DNA of 61,077 nt, filler included. It is 12 parts of 12 records of this genome, joined end to end, with 100 filler letters (N's around TTAATTAATTAA, not from the genome) between each part and the next. Parts side by side here need not be neighbours in the genome. Positions count along the whole stretch, not along the records: positions 56,785 to 61,077 come from SRR15195285_10126; 11 more parts are not named here. One strand, 5' to 3'. The translations under genes and the position numbers were made by a program. Positions within the stretch are counted from its first letter, which is position 1; every line of letters begins with the position of its first letter. The notes under the pieces were generated by a model, which did not search any database, was not told the origin of the DNA, and saw only the letters and a list, made by a program, of their open reading frames with translations. This document shows, one piece after another, positions 56,785 to 61,077 of this stretch.

Positions 56785-59700
56785 ACAGATGACAACGACC
56801 GCACGTGCTCTAGCCAAGCAAGCGAAAAGTACCTCTTCTAATGCTGGAAGTCCTGCGGCATCGGACAGTAGTACAACTTCCAAGAGCAACCAGCGTCCAA
56901 GCAGTAGCTCCAAAGCTGATAGCACTTACAGCGATAATATGACTGGCGACGGTGGAGTCGACATAGCCGCAGTCTACGTTGGTACGGGGTTGGTCCAGTA
57001 CGATGTTAAGCGAGAAAGCGCGCGCGGTGCGAAAGGTGGGAACATCCAGCTACAGGTCGGCACCCTCGCCCTTCAGATGTTCAAAGGAGGAAAACCCATC
57101 GAGAATGTTCTTTTGGAACAAGTTGTGAGCTGGGGACCCGAAGGCGTAAGTTCGGACAGAGTGGGAATCAAACTCCACGACGGTTCTATCGAGCGCTTCA
57201 CCTGTAAGGAACCAGACGATGCAAAAGCAATTTGTGAAATGATGACCTTGCGTGCGAAGGAGCTTCGCGAGAGCAAAGATGCCGCGAAGCGCATGAAGCG
57301 GCGCGAGGCATGGGCTGATGAGCTGCAGTTGCTGGTTGGCAAGCGGATGACTGTCACCGTGCTGACTCTGGATCTACGAGAAGAGCAGTCGATTGATGCC
57401 GACGTCTTTCAGGCTCTCAACGAGGGAGACGAGGTGGTTGTTCAACAAGTCGCTCTCTTGCCAGCATCCACATCGGAAGAAAACAGTGCCACCGGTAATG
57501 ATGACATCGAAGATGGGTGTCTTTATGTGAAGAGAGAAACGTCAGAGCCACACTCTGGGTTTGTGTCCGTGAAGTCGGGCTGGGTGAACCTGAAGAATGC
57601 TGCTGGAGAGCAGCAGCTCGAGGTTGCCAAACCCGTTGGTCTCACAGATTTGGGCGACGTGTCCGCCGGGTACGTGTTCCATGCTTACTGCGCGAGTCAC
57701 GTGTTCTAGTCTCCAGTCGTGTGTCCTGCTACTTGCTCCGACTGTCTTTCTGCGAAGTGCTATAAATATGTTGTACTAATGCTTGCATTGGCAGAGATTT
57801 GCTGCGCGTCGTCGTCAAAGCTACGGTCCGTTCGAGCAGCGAAGCGGCTAGCAAACGCACGGGAGATCTTCGCAAAGGCTCCATTTTTGAGGCCTTGGCT
57901 GTAGTTCTTGTCTCAGCAGACGACGGCGATGGTAGTCGATTGCGGGTGGAGTGTGAAAAAGGGTGGCTGAGTACTGTGAGCTCAAATGGCGTTGTGCTGT
58001 GCGAAAATGTCTCTGATTTAGTTGACATTAAGCCCAAGTTACTTTGGGATCCTGTTAAGGCAAAATCCACCGATCGAGGCGAGGCCGCGCTGGAATCTGA
58101 ACCCGATCCAGAGGCAACAGGTATGACAAAGGACGAGTTGACAGGAATCGTAAGCTACGATGCGAAACAAGGGCGCACAAAACTGCAGCTGCAGGTTGGA
58201 AGTATGGCGTTGCAGGTTTTCAAGGGAGGCAAGCCGATCGATAACATTCTATTCAAAGACATGAAGAATTGGCAGGTGCGTAATCTTGCAGTCTTGCAGA
58301 ATTGCCGGTATCACAGAGCCTGACTTTCGACCTGCCCTGTGTTTTGGTGTATTCTCGGTATCGGTTTGGCTGGATGACCACCTGATATTATCATCCCATC
58401 CTGGGTTTCATTTAGACGGATGAAAACTGGCATCCGAACGTACGCAACGTCTCGCTATGGCATCCGTACCTTGCTTTAGTCTATTTCTTGCGTAGATATG
58501 GCCAAAGTATACGGTGTCGCTCCCTCCTCTGCGATCTGCATGTATGCGCGATACGGTTATCACATTCTGTACTGTGCACAGCTGGCATCCTTACTGAACC
58601 CTGTACCTGCGCGCAGGCAAAAAATACTGACAGTGTCATGATAGAGTTGGACAACGGTAAAAAGTACAGCTACAGCACCAACTCTGCCGTGGCTATTATT
58701 GACGAGATGACAAAGGCTGCCACCGCCCTGGCCCAACAGATGGCCTTTGAAATGTCTGCGGGACTCGCCAAGTCTCTGCAGAGTGAGCGGGAGCGATTGG
58801 GTGTCGCTCCTGTTTCAGGTGCACCGGCCGTGCAGGAGCTGGTCGGTAAGATGCTGCATGTGACTGTTGCGGCTGAAGTTCGAGAGGGTATGAAGTTGGC
58901 TAGCAAGCGCTGCGGTAAAGTGCAACCAGGCTCTGTATTCGAAGTCCTGGAGGTGCAGGAGCAAGCCAAACTCGGCTTGCTGCGCGTGCGATGCTCCGGA
59001 GGATGGTTGTCGACTCACTCTCCCACCTCGTTAGAGCGATTTGTTGAAGTTGCCGATGACCAAACTACGCTAGAACAGTTCGCTTTGCAAACGGTCTCGT
59101 CCAGTTTGGATGAAGCCGCTGATGCTTGGTCTGGTGGAGGCTCAGAGCTTGCTGCGACCAGCAGCAACCACCTGGATGGCTCGACACCTACTGCGCCTAG
59201 TGCAGCACCAGCAAAGAAGAACATTCGGCGTCGTATGTCAGTTTCGGTCGGGATGTCCCCACGAAATGAGGAACCACTGAAGAAGCTTAGTGTTAATGGG
59301 CAGACACAGTACGAGGTGAAACACGGTAGCAAACGGTGTGAGCTACAGGTCGGTAGCCTGGGGTTGCAACTGTTCAGGGGCGGCAAGCCGATCGAAAACA
59401 TCCTGTACAAGGATATGGCAGGCTGGAGGCATGCACATGCGGACGATACCAAAGGTAGTGCAAGTGATCAGGTGCAAATTGACCTGGTTGAGCTTACAGG
59501 TTCGAAGAAGAGCAAGACATTGCGCGCTGCACACCGTTTTGAAACGCCTCTGGCGGTAGAGATTATCAATGAGATGGAATCGGCGGCAGGTGCGCTGGCA
59601 ACAGCGGCGAAGGATGATGCGGTGCAAAAGCGAGCTGTTTTGGAGTCCGTAATCTTGGAGTCCGTGAACGGTGGCGAAGATGCCGACAGCGACGAGGACG

Positions 59701-61077
59701 GCACTGAGGTGCGGCTCAAGATTCTGAAGAAGGCGACCGTGCGTGAGACATCCGACCTGGACTCTACAGTGGTCGGCTTCTTGAGGGCCGGCACTGTGAT
59801 TCGAGTACTTGAAGCAATACGGGTGCAACTCGATGCTGACAGAGACGATGATGGCGACAGCGACGACTCGCCTGTCGGTGCAATCGTGCGCGTACGGTTT
59901 GCCTTCGGAGATCTCGTGGGATGGACAAGTGTGAACGCACGAAGCGGCAACCAGCTGGTCGAACAGTCTGACGAGCCACTCTCATCACCTCCGAAGAAGC
60001 CAACGGGTCAAGAGCAGACTACACCTGGACCATCGAAAGCGCCGATCTCTGATGCCGATGCGTCTGCACAGCAGAAGGTAGCTGCTATTGAAAGACAGGT
60101 ATCCGAAGCCAGCGATACCGACGAGGACAGCGACGGAGAGATTGGGAGGGGCAACGATACAGCTGGTGCCAGTGCAAATTTGACTGCTCCGGCAAAGACA
60201 AGCATTCGGCGGCGGATGTCAGTTTCAGTAGGGATGTCTCCTAAGACGGCTGCGCAACCTCTTGGCAAATGTACAGTCAATGGTATTGACCAGTACGACG
60301 TGCGCCAAGGTCGCACCAAGTTGCAGCTGCAGGTGGGAAGCATGGCACTGCAGATCTTCAAAGATAGCAAGCCGCTCGAGAACATTCTTTACCAGTCTGT
60401 ACTTGCCTGGGATACCTCAGCAGACAGCGGCAAAGCCAAGGATCAAGGGTTGAGCACGCTTACGATTGAGCTCGCAAGTGGCAAGTCACGTTCATATCAG
60501 TGCGGTGGAACTCCGACCAACTTTGCCGAGGAGATTCGAGATGCAATTAGTGTGAAGGCCACGGAGCTTGCCGCGCAGAAACTCAAGGAGAAACAAGAGG
60601 ACGCAGGAAAGAAAGTGGCTGCATTGGAAGAGGCGAAGGAGCGAGAGTCTGAGATGGAGAGCAAATTGCTCGCCTCCGGTGAGGGCGAATACCGGTTGAA
60701 AGTGCTGCGCAAAGCTGTGGTGCGCGAGACGCACGAGCTAGACTCTGCGCAACTTGGCAAACTGCTGCCAGACACTGTAATCAGCGCACTAGAGACGCAG
60801 CGTGTCCAGGTTGAGGACAGCGACAGTGTAGACGGGAGCAAAGAGGAGAGTTCCAGTATCGTCCGCGTTCGGTTTACTTACGGCAGCCAGAGTGGGTGGA
60901 CAAGCTTGCGAGCCAAAAGTGGGAAGCTTATGCTCGATCTGACACAGGAGGCGGAGACAGATCATACTTCTGAAGTTGCTGGACAGGACGAGCAGCAGCG
61001 ACAGGACGAGCAGCAGCGGCAGCCAGGGCACGCTGATACCAGCAGTTTTCTTGGCCAGACGATGTATGACGTGAAGC
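56785..61077 (+). CDS. Large repeat protein with alternating PH-like and SH3b-like modules; partial; introns 57670-57794 and 58276-58616
   Basis: Recurrent YDVKxGxxKLQLQVGSMALQxFKGGKPIENIL and L-K/R-V-x-x-KAxVR...GW. The frame from 58617 stays open to the window end, so it is absent from the ORF track. Confidence 0.75.

Noticed and set aside
1-61077. CAZyme gene cluster (GH5, LPMO, SGNH, CE15) or any cross-contig synteny
   Set aside because: The genes sit on different contigs; adjacency comes from concatenation.

Overview
This is not one locus. It is 12 short eukaryotic contigs joined by 11 artificial 100-nt spacers (44 N + TTAATTAATTAA + 44 N), so gene order only means something within a contig. 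GC-rich, compact genes with short GT-AG introns, an ILV3-type enzyme and many CAZymes suggest a non-animal microbial eukaryote, probably a heterotrophic protist; the lineage cannot be assigned from sequence alone. Recognisable genes: CCCH + RluA pseudouridine synthase, secreted GH5-EGF-beta-propeller fusion, DnaJ-X protein, giant intronless EGF receptor-like protein with cytosolic EF-hand and C2, Rab escort protein, LRR/TPR protein, His-brace LPMO, Kv-like channel, SH3 protein, PDG-repeat protein, EF-hand coiled-coil protein, NDUFB3, disrupted nucleotidyltransferase-HAD-kinase fusion, dihydroxy-acid dehydratase, SGNH hydrolase, DOT1-like methyltransferase, mitochondrial DnaJ, CE15 esterase and a PH/SH3b repeat protein. 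The standout is an apparently complete poly(ADP-ribose) glycohydrolase (PARG) domain nested in frame inside the Rab escort protein. All domain calls come from reading motifs by eye; no searches were run.
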